From positions 1-58,914 of IMG/VR virus record IMGVR_UViG_3300037247_000395: a stretch of DNA of 58,914 nt. One strand, given 5' to 3'. This stretch comes from a virus. Taxonomy: Duplodnaviria > Caudoviricetes. The position numbers were made by a program, and so were the translations under genes. Under the pieces are notes generated by a model. That model was given only the letters and a program-made list of their open reading frames with translations, was not told the DNA's origin and ran no database searches. Shown here piece by piece: positions 39,811 to 48,968 of the stretch (the stretch's first letter is position 1; every line of letters starts with the position of its first letter).

Positions 39811-40533
39811 ATGAACGACCCGCAAGGCATCCACGAGACTACACAGAACGCCGCAATCGCAATGGCCGAGATGGCCGTGAAACAAGACGACGAAATCAGC
39901 GTGGCGATCCTTTCAACGGCGGACAGCCTAGAGATCAAGAACGCCGAGGAGATGGCGGCCAGCGGCGTGATGCTACAGACCATCAAGGGCCGGCAGAAGG
40001 CACTCGCCGATGCGCGCCTATCGATCACGCGCCCGATGGACGCGGCCAAGAAGCGGGTCATGGAGCTATTCCAGCCCGCAGTGGACCGGCTGGCCAAGGC
40101 TGAGACGACCATCAAGGGCGCTGTGCTCACCTACACCCGAGAGCAGGAGCGCCTACGGCGGGAAGCGCAGGCAGAGCTCGATGCAGCGGCGGAACGCACG
40201 CGGACCCAACTCATTGAGCAAGCCGAGACGCACGACGAGACAGGGCGACATTCCCGCGCTGAGACGCTAAGGGAGCGCGCCGACACGGTGCAGGCGCCGA
40301 CCGTAGCGCCCGCAGAGGTACCGAGGGGTGCCGTCCATGTTCGCGTTACCTGGAAGGCCGAGGTGACAGATCTCCAAGCGCTGGCACGAGCCTACGCCGA
40401 GGGGCAGCGGTCAGTCGAGTTGATCCTGCCCAACATGCCTGTCTTGAACGAACTAGCGCGGACCCTGAAGGGCGACCTCACGATCCCCGGCGTCGAGGCG
40501 GTGGCGGAGGAAGGCGTAACGGCGAGAGCATGA
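39811..40533 (+). CDS. Coiled-coil protein of the recombination module
   Basis: RBS ggagg; long helical protein 'RLSITRPMDAAKK'; adjacent to the annealase. Confidence 0.65.
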   Translation: MNDPQGIHETTQNAAIAMAEMAVKQDDEISVAILSTADSLEIKNAEEMAASGVMLQTIKGRQKALADARLSITRPMDAAKKRVMELFQPAVDRLAKAETTIKGAVLTYTREQERLRREAQAELDAAAERTRTQLIEQAETHDETGRHSRAETLRERADTVQAPTVAPAEVPRGAVHVRVTWKAEVTDLQALARAYAEGQRSVELILPNMPVLNELARTLKGDLTIPGVEAVAEEGVTARA

Positions 40534-41231
40534 CAGAGAAGGCGGAGAAAGCCGCCAAGCCATTTGACCCTAGCAAGCACCTGACCGATATCGGCAACAA
40601 GCAATACCTGGAGGTCAAGTGGCGCCTAGTGTGGCTACGCGAGAAATACCCCAACGCCCAGCTCACGACGGAGATGCTTGAGCACAGCGACTCGCACGCC
40701 ATCTTCAAGGCCACCGTCTGCGTACCGGCTGAGCCGCCGGGGGGAATGGGCGCTCTGGCCACGGGCTACGGTAGCGAAACCGAGAGCGACTTCGTCGACT
40801 TCATTGAGAAGGCAGAGACGAAGGCCATAGGCCGTGCCTGCGCCGCGCTGGGTTTCGGCACCCAGTTCTGTGACGACTTCGCAGAAGGGGATAGCGTGAC
40901 GGACTCGCCCGTTAAGCGGCGGGCACCAGCGCAGCGTAAGCAACCGGCGACTCAGGCGCAACAGCCCGAGAGCTATGGCGGACGGCAGGCGGCGGCCGCA
41001 GCGACCACGGGCGCGCCCATGAGCGACAACCAGCGCATTGCCATCCGCGCCAGCATCGGCGATCTTTTCGGCCAGGACGAACGGGCCGCCTTCGAGTGGA
41101 TGCAGGCGATGCAGGCGAAGGCCGTCCAGGGCACGGCGATACATCTGACGGGGCTCTCCACCGCTGAGGCTGCTGGCATCATCCAGGCGGCGAAGAAAGC
41201 GATAGACGAGAGGGATCAGCGAGCGCCATGA
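40530..41231 (+). CDS. Rad52/Sak-like single-strand annealing protein
   Basis: 'KQYLEVKWRLVW', 'ATGYGSE', 'EKAETKAIGRA.A.LGFG'. Confidence 0.75.
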   Translation: MTEKAEKAAKPFDPSKHLTDIGNKQYLEVKWRLVWLREKYPNAQLTTEMLEHSDSHAIFKATVCVPAEPPGGMGALATGYGSETESDFVDFIEKAETKAIGRACAALGFGTQFCDDFAEGDSVTDSPVKRRAPAQRKQPATQAQQPESYGGRQAAAAATTGAPMSDNQRIAIRASIGDLFGQDERAAFEWMQAMQAKAVQGTAIHLTGLSTAEAAGIIQAAKKAIDERDQRAP

Positions 41232-41373
41232 AGCCGAACCAGGGCTGTTATATCTGCGGCGAGCCCAGCACCGCGCCGCGTAGTAGAGTTAGTGGCGACT
41301 GGTTGTGTCACCGGAAAGACTGCCTAGAGGAGGCGCTGAAGAGGAAGGCCAAGGAGCCGAAGGAGCCGAAGGA

Positions 41374-41724
41374 ATGAGCAAGGTGCTGATCTGCGGCAAC
41401 CGCACGTGGACAGACTGGGAGCCCATCTACGAATACGTGCGGGCCTTATCTGAAGACACAATCGTAGTCCAGGGTGGTGCCCGAGGCGCGGATCACATCG
41501 CGGCAGCCCTTGCCCAAGACTTCGCTCTTGAGGTGCGGACTTACCCTGCCAACTGGAAGAAGTTCGGCAAGCGGGCGGGCGTTCTCCGCAACGCTGAGAT
41601 GCTAGAGAAAGAGCATCCCGATCTGGTAGTGGCCTTCACCCGGAACCTCGCAACCAGCAAGGGTACGCGCGATATGGTAGAGCGGGCGCGCCGTGCTGGC
41701 ATCCCCGTGGAGGTGCGCCCGTGA
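41374..41724 (+). CDS. SLOG/YspA-like (DUF2493) protein
   Basis: 'VLICGNR', 'GGARGAD', 'ANW...G..AG..RN.EM', 'SKGT.DM'. Confidence 0.85.
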   Translation: MSKVLICGNRTWTDWEPIYEYVRALSEDTIVVQGGARGADHIAAALAQDFALEVRTYPANWKKFGKRAGVLRNAEMLEKEHPDLVVAFTRNLATSKGTRDMVERARRAGIPVEVRP

Positions 41725-42473
41725 CCGACGAGTCCGCCCCATGTCTACGCTGCTGGATGCCTGCGAAGCCCCAGGTCCACCACGGGCGGCCTGAGAACAC
41801 GGCTCAGGGCCGGGGGATGGGCGGTGACCCCACGGGCGTCCTTGATCATGAGCGGTACGACCTCTGCGAGCCGTGCCACACTGGCCCTGACGGAATCCAT
41901 GCCAAGCGGTGGACCTTCACGGTAGATGAGAACCGCTGGGTTGAGGGCGTCAACGCCAACGGCACGACGTTCAGCCACCCGCTGGTGATCGACAACGACT
42001 CGCCGAGCCCGGCGGCTTGGGATGATGCGAAGCTCGGCCTCTACTGGGAGAAGGCGGGTGCTGCGCTGATGGAAGACAGGGCTACCATCGCCAACATCTA
42101 CCAGCAGCGATGGGGCTGGGGCCAGGGCTGGGCCAAGAGGGCGGCTGACGCGATGGGCGGCGGGAAGGATGGCACCGGCCTGCAAATCAGCACCCGCAGC
42201 GTCCGCCGGGCAGCTAACCAGTGGGCCTTGTGGAAGGGCAACTGGGAGACGATGAAGAGGCTCGGTTCTCTCACGGTAGCCTACGCCATCGCCAGCGCAG
42301 ATGACGCCCCGGCGGCGCTTGTCATAGCCGAGAAAGAATTGGCCGACGGCAAAAAGGCGCATGAAGTCGTGCGGCTGATCGAGGGGAAACCGGCCAAGGT
42401 TGACCAAACTGAGCAGTGTGTCTGCGGCCAGGGCGAGGGCTGCGGGCACGTTCACACACGAAAGGAAGGCTGA
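41721..42473 (+). CDS. HNH-like domain protein
   Basis: CxxC, 'HH', 'LCEPCH...H'. Confidence 0.6.
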   Translation: MTDESAPCLRCWMPAKPQVHHGRPENTAQGRGMGGDPTGVLDHERYDLCEPCHTGPDGIHAKRWTFTVDENRWVEGVNANGTTFSHPLVIDNDSPSPAAWDDAKLGLYWEKAGAALMEDRATIANIYQQRWGWGQGWAKRAADAMGGGKDGTGLQISTRSVRRAANQWALWKGNWETMKRLGSLTVAYAIASADDAPAALVIAEKELADGKKAHEVVRLIEGKPAKVDQTEQCVCGQGEGCGHVHTRKEG

Positions 42474-42477
42474 ACGC

Positions 42478-42894
42478 ATGGGTTACCGATGCACGAGTTG
42501 CAATCTGCTATGTGGCGTGGAGTTGGCGCAGCCTGAGGCGGGCTTTGATGTTGACGACCAGGGCGTGGTATCTGGCAGCCTAGAACTCCAACTGGACAGC
42601 GCGTGTTGCAGCGACCCTGTGGCCACAGCATACCTAGATGTCGAGTTGGACACGGGCCTGCAACACAAGGACGGGTGCAAAGAACCGAACGTGTTGCTCG
42701 ACAGTGAAAGCGCCGAGCCGACCGACTGGTATCAGGCTAAGGACCGGCACGGCAAGCCGATCAAGTCGATGCGCTACCAGAAGCACTTCTATGGAGCCGA
42801 CATCTCAGTCCAGGTGCGCTGCGAGAGTTGCGGCGCCGAGACGTCGGGTGACGAACAGGTGGGAGAGCAGGCCAGCTACTTTGAGCAATACTGA
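42478..42894 (+). CDS. Cys-rich hypothetical protein
   Basis: CxxC pairs at both ends. Confidence 0.55.
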   Translation: MGYRCTSCNLLCGVELAQPEAGFDVDDQGVVSGSLELQLDSACCSDPVATAYLDVELDTGLQHKDGCKEPNVLLDSESAEPTDWYQAKDRHGKPIKSMRYQKHFYGADISVQVRCESCGAETSGDEQVGEQASYFEQY

Positions 42895-43179
42895 CCGCCC
42901 GGCGCGAGCGCCTAGCGGGGAGGGAGCCTGAGCATGGCAAAGCGCATGAGCATCGGAAGGGTGGAGTTCTCGGCGGAGTATCACCGTTCCCGGCCCCGGT
43001 ACCCCCTGTGGGCAGCCTGCCAGCGAAGACTGCTATACGAGCGCGCATCGCCAGACGAGGCACGGCTGCTAGAGGAGCGCGGCCTGAAGCCGTGCCCGAA
43101 GTGTTGGCCGCCAGTACCAGAAGGCGTGATCGTGCGAGTCGATGGCCGCGCAACCGCCAGATCGAAAGGCGGCTAACCC

Positions 43180-43746
43180 CTGAAACGCGCTGCCCTTGCG
43201 GTCTTGGTGATCGCATTGGGCTTAGGAGGAGACGATGGACTTTCTAGTAGTAGCGACAACGCTGGGAATCGTAGCGGCAGTATGGGGCGGGGTGTTAGTC
43301 CTGCTAATCGCATGGCGCGGGGTTGGCCGACGCCGGCCCGAGTGCATACACCCGTCGCTAGTCCGCCTCCTGGAGAGCGACGGGGCCTTCTCGGAGGTGG
43401 TGATGTGCCTGGCTTGCGAGGACGAGATGGTGGCGCCGCTGAATGGCGCGAGTTCGTCCGGGGCTACCGGGACTTCGGGGGACGTGAAGAATGGCTGAGG
43501 CACTTCGTTGAAGACATTCTACCGTGCGAATCTTCGTATTGGGGAGGATGGTATTCAAACGGGTACGTTTCTCGTGCCCAGTTCCATGTACTTTCCTGGG
43601 CCGCCGCTGTTGGGGCTACCCACCTTGACCGGCCCGATGACCCTTATTCAGTGGGCGCAAACGTCGCATGGTGGAGCAATGCTATCGAGCATCCTGGCGG
43701 AACTGGCGGGTGGCCGGGATGCTGGTGGGTAGGGAGGGTGCCATGA
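43180..43746 (+). CDS. Secreted lysozyme-like/transglycosylase (SLT/Rpf-like) protein
   Basis: Probable CTG start giving signal peptide MKRAALAVLVIALG; 'CES', 'QF...W', 'DP', 'WPGC'. Confidence 0.6.
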   Translation: MKRAALAVLVIALGLGGDDGLSSSSDNAGNRSGSMGRGVSPANRMARGWPTPARVHTPVASPPPGERRGLLGGGDVPGLRGRDGGAAEWREFVRGYRDFGGREEWLRHFVEDILPCESSYWGGWYSNGYVSRAQFHVLSWAAAVGATHLDRPDDPYSVGANVAWWSNAIEHPGGTGGWPGCWWVGRVP

Positions 43747-44330
43747 CCGCCCCCCAATGCGTAGTCCCCACCCCGCGACAGCGTTGCTCCGGCTGCCACA
43801 CGGCATTCGGCTACATCACCGAGGAGGACCCGGTGACGCAGTGCAAGTTCTGTGAGCGGTGGCTGCACGAGGACTGTCAAGGGCGCTACGTATGCCCCCA
43901 GCATATTCGCGCCGACGCCGCCAAGCTGGTTGCCTGGGAGCTGGCCTGCGCGGACGGGAGGAAGTGATGGTTAGGCCCAGCGCTGAGCGACGAGCACGCC
44001 AAGCAGTCTATGATCGGATATTCGACGAGATGGCGCATGCCTTCTACACCAGTCCGCCGACGAAAGGCGTTGTTGTCTGGCCGACCTTGGCCCAGGCCCT
44101 ACACTTCGGTCTTTGCTGGGGGCTACGGCTGAACGCAGAGCAGGAGAAGAAGCCGGAGGAGAAGTGATGGCTGACCTAACCGCAGAGCAGGAGAAGGCGC
44201 TCATCGAGGCCGTGACGCAACGGCTGAGCGGCTGGGTGGACGCCTGGGAGCGCGGCACCACCGACGAGGAGCGCGAGGAGTACGCCTACTACTTCCTCGC
44301 CGGGGTGCGCTGGGCGCAGAAGGAGAAGCG

Positions 44331-46277
44331 ATGATCCTACAGGGCCACGTCCTGGACAAGCTGGCCGAAATGGAGGCCGAGTCGGTGTCGTGCTGCGCGA
44401 CCTCACCGCCCTACTGGTCGTTGAGGAAGTATGAGGCGGGCGACGTGGTGTGGGGAGGGAGAGCGGGCTGCGAGCATGAGTGGGGCACCGTTGCCAAGGG
44501 TGGCGCGGCTGTCGAGGGATACGCAGGCAAGAAGAAATGGCAGCACACCGTCAACGGGCGCGGCGAGGATCATCCCGAGGCGCGGCACCGGCTAGAAAAC
44601 CCCGACGACTGGACGCGCATCACCCGCGAGACGTCCACCTGTGCCCGTTGCGGCGCGTGGCGTGGCCAGTACGGCCTTGAGCCCACGCCCGAACTGTACG
44701 TCGAGCATACGCTGGACGTGCTGCGGGCCATACGCCGCGTGCTGCGCCCGGATGGCGTGGTGTGGTGGAATATCGGGGACGGGTATGCAGGGGGCAACGG
44801 CACAGGTGGCGGCCCAGGCGACAAACAGTTCACCAACGTCGGAAGTCGGGCTCCAGCGACAGGTCGCGTTGTCGGCCTCAAGCCCAAAGACCTCGTGCTC
44901 ATGCCGTCCCGCGTGGCGCTGGCGGCACAGGCCGACGGCTGGTGGGTGCGCTCGGTGATCGTCTGGTCGAAGCCCAATGCCATGCCGGAGAGCACAAAGG
45001 ACCGGCCCACGACAGCGCACGAGTACGTGCTCCAGTTAGTCAAGGGGCAATGGAGTACGCGAGTCATTCAAGCTGCGAACTTCCCTGACGAGCGCGTTCA
45101 TTTCGGCAAGGACTTCGGGCTTTCGGGTGCGGACTCGTGGTGCGGTCAGTTCTGTATTCGCCTTGCGACCGCGCTCTTTGATTTTGCGCAGCGCCAAGAG
45201 GAGTTCAGCCTGCCGCCGTTTTATGCGGAGGAGTGGCAAGAGTTTTCGGACAACGCCGACGGCGGCGCGGTTGCGTCTGTCCCAGCGGTAAAGCGGGCGG
45301 CGGCGCTCGCCTCTCGGCTGCTCACGGATGATGTTTCCACCAAAGAGTTTCTGTGCCAGATGCACAGCCTGTGGATCGCATTGGGTGACGCTGATGATTT
45401 CCTGAAACGCTGGCGAGCGTCCCTTGCGTTCACGCCATCGGTCTACAGCGATGGAGATACATCCGTCGCTGTCAACGACTCCGGCCAGATACGAAAGTTC
45501 GATCTGCTTCATAACCTAATAGTACATGAACGGCCCACTACTTGCAACTACTGGTACGACCAGGAGGCGGTGAGGGAGGCGCACGGTTCAACGGCATGGG
45601 CTCATCAGCTAGAAGTTTATGAGCGCCGACACGGAGCGGAAAAGCATACGGGCATGAAGCCGCCAGAGGAGGGCATGAAACGCTTCGGCACAACAACGGC
45701 TGAGCGCTACAACAACCCCGCTGGCCGCAACATGCGCTCCGTCTGGGAGTTCCCGACAGCGCAGACGCCGGAGGCACACTTCGCCACCTTCCCAGAGGAG
45801 CTGCCCCGACGCTGCATAGAGGCGTCGTGCCCCCGCGAGATATGCGCCAAGTGCGGAATGGCCAGGGTGAGGCTGGTGGAGAAGACAGACGAGCCCGATA
45901 CACGAGCGAAGGGTAGCCGCTTCGACTCGGGTAAGACAGGCGTGAACGGTGAGGGCCGCACACAGGGCGGTGAACGCTTCCTAGATAGCACTACCGGCTG
46001 GACCTCCTGCAGCTGCACCGAGCCCGACTACCAGCCCGGCATCGTACTGGATCCCTTCGCCGGCATCGGAACAACCGGCATCGTGGCCAAGCGCCTCGGC
46101 CGCCGCTTCGTCGGCATTGAGCTATCGGAGAAATACGCGGAGATGGCGCGGGCCAAGCTGGCCATGTGGTGGCGCCGGACGGAGATGGTTGCTAGCGAGA
46201 CGCAGGACGGGCAATCCGTGCTGCCGCTGGAGACTACGCCGCAGGAAGTCGCTGCCGCCACGCGAGAGGAGGAGTGA
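44331..46277 (+). CDS. N4-cytosine/N6-adenine DNA methyltransferase (beta class) with ~167-aa in-frame insertion
   Basis: Motif IV 'TSPPYW', '[19 protein letters not shown]', 'HFATFP', motif I '[10 protein letters not shown]'. Confidence 0.93.
   Translation: MILQGHVLDKLAEMEAESVSCCATSPPYWSLRKYEAGDVVWGGRAGCEHEWGTVAKGGAAVEGYAGKKKWQHTVNGRGEDHPEARHRLENPDDWTRITRETSTCARCGAWRGQYGLEPTPELYVEHTLDVLRAIRRVLRPDGVVWWNIGDGYAGGNGTGGGPGDKQFTNVGSRAPATGRVVGLKPKDLVLMPSRVALAAQADGWWVRSVIVWSKPNAMPESTKDRPTTAHEYVLQLVKGQWSTRVIQAANFPDERVHFGKDFGLSGADSWCGQFCIRLATALFDFAQRQEEFSLPPFYAEEWQEFSDNADGGAVASVPAVKRAAALASRLLTDDVSTKEFLCQMHSLWIALGDADDFLKRWRASLAFTPSVYSDGDTSVAVNDSGQIRKFDLLHNLIVHERPTTCNYWYDQEAVREAHGSTAWAHQLEVYERRHGAEKHTGMKPPEEGMKRFGTTTAERYNNPAGRNMRSVWEFPTAQTPEAHFATFPEELPRRCIEASCPREICAKCGMARVRLVEKTDEPDTRAKGSRFDSGKTGVNGEGRTQGGERFLDSTTGWTSCSCTEPDYQPGIVLDPFAGIGTTGIVAKRLGRRFVGIELSEKYAEMARAKLAMWWRRTEMVASETQDGQSVLPLETTPQEVAAATREEE
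45036..45512 (-). CDS. Single-motif LAGLIDADG homing endonuclease, antisense inside the MTase gene
   Basis: '[14 protein letters not shown]', 'VTQ', 'LFGG', 'YRW', '[12 protein letters not shown]'. Confidence 0.92.
   Translation of the reverse strand: MKQIELSYLAGVVDSDGCISIAVDRWRERKGRSPAFQEIISVTQCDPQAVHLAQKLFGGNIIREQPRGERRRPLYRWDRRNRAAVGVVRKLLPLLRIKRRQAELLLALRKIKERGRKANTELTAPRVRTRKPEVLAEMNALVREVRSLNDSRTPLPLD
45519..45547 (-). promoter_or_regulatory. Promoter for a leaderless LAGLIDADG transcript
   Basis: Minus strand TTGCAA-17 nt-TACTAT, ATG 6 nt downstream. Confidence 0.8.
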
Positions 46278-47290
46278 TGCCGATCAGCTACGCGCCCACG
46301 TCCTGGAATCCCGTGGTAGGCTGCACGCCCGTGAGCGAAGGGTGCAAGAACTGCTGGGCCATGAAGCTGCACAATCAGCGGCACGAGGCGAACGTCAAAC
46401 AGGCCAAGTTTTACTCTGGCCTAGCTGAGCCAGCAGGAAAGCGGCGTCTTCGCAGCTACGAGGGCTGGAGGGAATGGGTTACTCGCGTCGGGGCGCCGCC
46501 TGGTGGGTGGGCCGCACGAGCGCGGCAACTTGACGTTCGCCTGCCCATGCCGCCGCAGTACGACCAACCCTTCGAGGAGATCCAGCTCTTCCCCGATCGC
46601 CTCTCCGAGCCCCTACGCTGGCGCAAGCCGCGCACCGTGGCCGTCTGCTTCATGGGCGACCTGTGGCACCCCGAAGTACCGGACGCGTTCATTGACGAGG
46701 TGTTCGCCACCATGGCCCAGGCTGAACGGCATAAGTTCCTCGTGCTGACGAAGAGGGCGGAGCGCATGTATTCCTACCTGAGCAGTCAGACCCGCCGCGT
46801 GGATGTCGCGCTGACGATACAGATCAGAGCTCGCACAGGTGAGAACTCGTTAGTTCCCTGGCCTCTCCCCAACGTGTGGCTGGGCGTGACGGCGGAGAAC
46901 CAGCGCATGGCCGACGAGAGGATACCGCTGCTGCTGAAGACACCGGCCGCGCACCATTGGGTGAGCCTGGAGCCGATGCTGGGGCCGGTGGACCTAGCTC
47001 ACATTCCCCTGTCCGGCGAGACTGGACTTGATACGTTGCGGGGGCTTGGATACCACCATGAGCCGGGGGTGGGCACGAATCGCTGGCCCCACCTCGACTG
47101 GGTAGTGGTGGGCGGTGAGTCCGGGCCCGGGCATAGGCCGATGGACTTACAGTGGGCGGCGGATATCTACGCCCAGTGTCGGGCCGCCAACGTGCCGTGT
47201 TACTTTAAGCAACGCGCAGCATCCCGTCCGGGCCAGCCTTCGGGCGTGGCCGCGCTGGATACCGCCAAGGAGCTGCCATGGACACGATAG
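46277..47290 (+). CDS. DUF5131 (phage Gp37/Gp68) family protein
   Basis: 'WNPVVGCTPVSEGCKNCWA', 'MGDLWH', 'LTKR', 'SLEPMLG', 'WVVVGGESG', 'FKQ'. Confidence 0.92.
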   Translation: MPISYAPTSWNPVVGCTPVSEGCKNCWAMKLHNQRHEANVKQAKFYSGLAEPAGKRRLRSYEGWREWVTRVGAPPGGWAARARQLDVRLPMPPQYDQPFEEIQLFPDRLSEPLRWRKPRTVAVCFMGDLWHPEVPDAFIDEVFATMAQAERHKFLVLTKRAERMYSYLSSQTRRVDVALTIQIRARTGENSLVPWPLPNVWLGVTAENQRMADERIPLLLKTPAAHHWVSLEPMLGPVDLAHIPLSGETGLDTLRGLGYHHEPGVGTNRWPHLDWVVVGGESGPGHRPMDLQWAADIYAQCRAANVPCYFKQRAASRPGQPSGVAALDTAKELPWTR

Positions 47291-47668
47291 AGAAGGCGCA
47301 CGCTGAGGTGCGCGTCATGGTGGGGGCCGCGCTGGACCGGAGAGCGTTCACCGCCGAGGAGATCATGGAGTCCGTCCGCGACGCCATGCGGGTCGTCCAC
47401 ATCGAGGCTTGCTGGGACTGTGCTCCTGGACCGGAAGGCTGTCCAGATCGTGCCCGGATCGACGCCCTGGCCCAGGATGGCCGAGAGCAGGCGCAAGAGG
47501 AGGTTCCGTGACCCCGATAGATGGACACTGCGGAAAAGCCTGGCCCCACAAGCCGCACGAGTGGCTGCCCGATTACCCACACGCCCTCTGGGAAAGCTGT
47601 CCTGGCAGTCCTGAGCCTGAGAAGCCCGAGCCCCAGGATGCCCGAGAGGCGCCGCAAGAGGAGGGGAC

Positions 47669-48079
47669 ATGACACCGCAAATGTCGCTGGCGTCCTACGC
47701 GAACACTGGCGTCCCGCCGGGGCGCTCTAAGGAACAGATCGAGGAGCTGCTGATCAAAGTCGGTGCGGTCGGGTTTCGCTGGTCGAGCCGCACGACGCTA
47801 CCAGGCGAGGAAGTCCTGGAGGCTGGGCTAGAGTGGCAGGGCCGCGAGGTCGCCTTCAGGCTGAAGGTCACCTATGAGGACGAGCGCGAACGCAAGCAGC
47901 GCCTTCGTGCTCTGTACTGGTATCTCAAGGCTAAGGTGGAAGCGATCATCTTCGGCTTAGTGGACTTGGAGCGTGAGTTCCTGCCGTACATGCTGACGGC
48001 ATCCGGCGAGACAGTCTTTGACCACCTTGGGGGCCAGAACATGCGGCTGCTGGCCGCGCCGGAGGTAGAAGAGGCATGA
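47669..48079 (+). CDS. Conserved-looking phage hypothetical protein
   Basis: 'LKAKVEA...EREFLPY....GETV'; RBS gagg. Confidence 0.65.
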   Translation: MTPQMSLASYANTGVPPGRSKEQIEELLIKVGAVGFRWSSRTTLPGEEVLEAGLEWQGREVAFRLKVTYEDERERKQRLRALYWYLKAKVEAIIFGLVDLEREFLPYMLTASGETVFDHLGGQNMRLLAAPEVEEA

Positions 48080-48665
48080 GCCGCCGTGATGGTGAACCGT
48101 GGGTTGAAACCGTCCGGATCGCGTTCCATGTATGCGATTCCTGTAGTCGCGCCATTCTCAGAGGTGCGAAGGCTAGAATGCGAGTCGAGGTAGTCGGCAA
48201 GCATGAGGGGCGACCGCTGGGCGTACTCCACATCGAACACCCGGCTTGCCCGCAGGAGGGAGATAGATGCTAGGCAAGAGACGAACGTGCTCACACTGTA
48301 AGAAGCGCCGCAAGATCATCACGTTCTGGGAAGATACGCGGGTAAAGCTCTGCCGTGAATGTGCCCTGAGTGAGAGCGTGGCTTTCTTCTATAGCATTCG
48401 GGGAGGAGCGCAGCGATGAGCCTCACCATCCGCCTGCGCTGGCCGCTCAGGGAGCTGAGTCTATGAAGCTGGAGCGCTTGGGAGGCTACCCGCTTTGGGA
48501 GTGGGGCTGTAATGATTGTACTTCCCTCAGCTCTGGAGGGACTTTGCCCATCGTAGAAGAGGGGGGCGAAGCCCGCGCTGTCGTCGCGGCGGCGAGGCGC
48601 CACACGCGAACAACGGGACACGCCACATGGGTACACAACATCCTGATGTGGGACATCTGGGCACC

Positions 48666-48968
48666 ATGACGCGCCGGCGCGAAGACGCCGACTTCCAGGC
48701 CAAGATACTCAAGCTGGCCAAGGCGACGGGATGGCTGTGTTATCACACCTACGATTCTCGGCGGTCCAAACCAGGCTTCCCAGACTTGGTGCTAGTTCGC
48801 GGCGCATCCATGCTGTTCCTGGAAGTGAAGTCCGAGGATGGCAAGGCGAAGCCTGAGCAGGAAGCGTGGATCGCTCGGCTGAAGCAAGTCAAGTTCGTGT
48901 CCGCCGCAATTTGCCGGCCCCAGAACTGGGACGAAATCGCTGAGATGCTGAAGGGAGCCGCCCGATGA
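48666..48968 (+). CDS. VRR-NUC domain nuclease
   Basis: 'GFPDLVL', 'FLEVK', 'Q.AW' PD-(D/E)XK motifs. Confidence 0.85.
   Translation: MTRRREDADFQAKILKLAKATGWLCYHTYDSRRSKPGFPDLVLVRGASMLFLEVKSEDGKAKPEQEAWIARLKQVKFVSAAICRPQNWDEIAEMLKGAAR

Noticed and set aside
44134-44196. 16-bp repeat CGCAGAGCAGGAGAAG
   Set aside because: Only two copies at a gene junction, probably a local duplication scar with no supportable function.
45048-45548. Intein or group I intron in the methyltransferase
   Set aside because: No intein terminal residues in the sense frame, the nuclease is on the opposite strand, and the insert is fully taken up by the ORF and its promoter.
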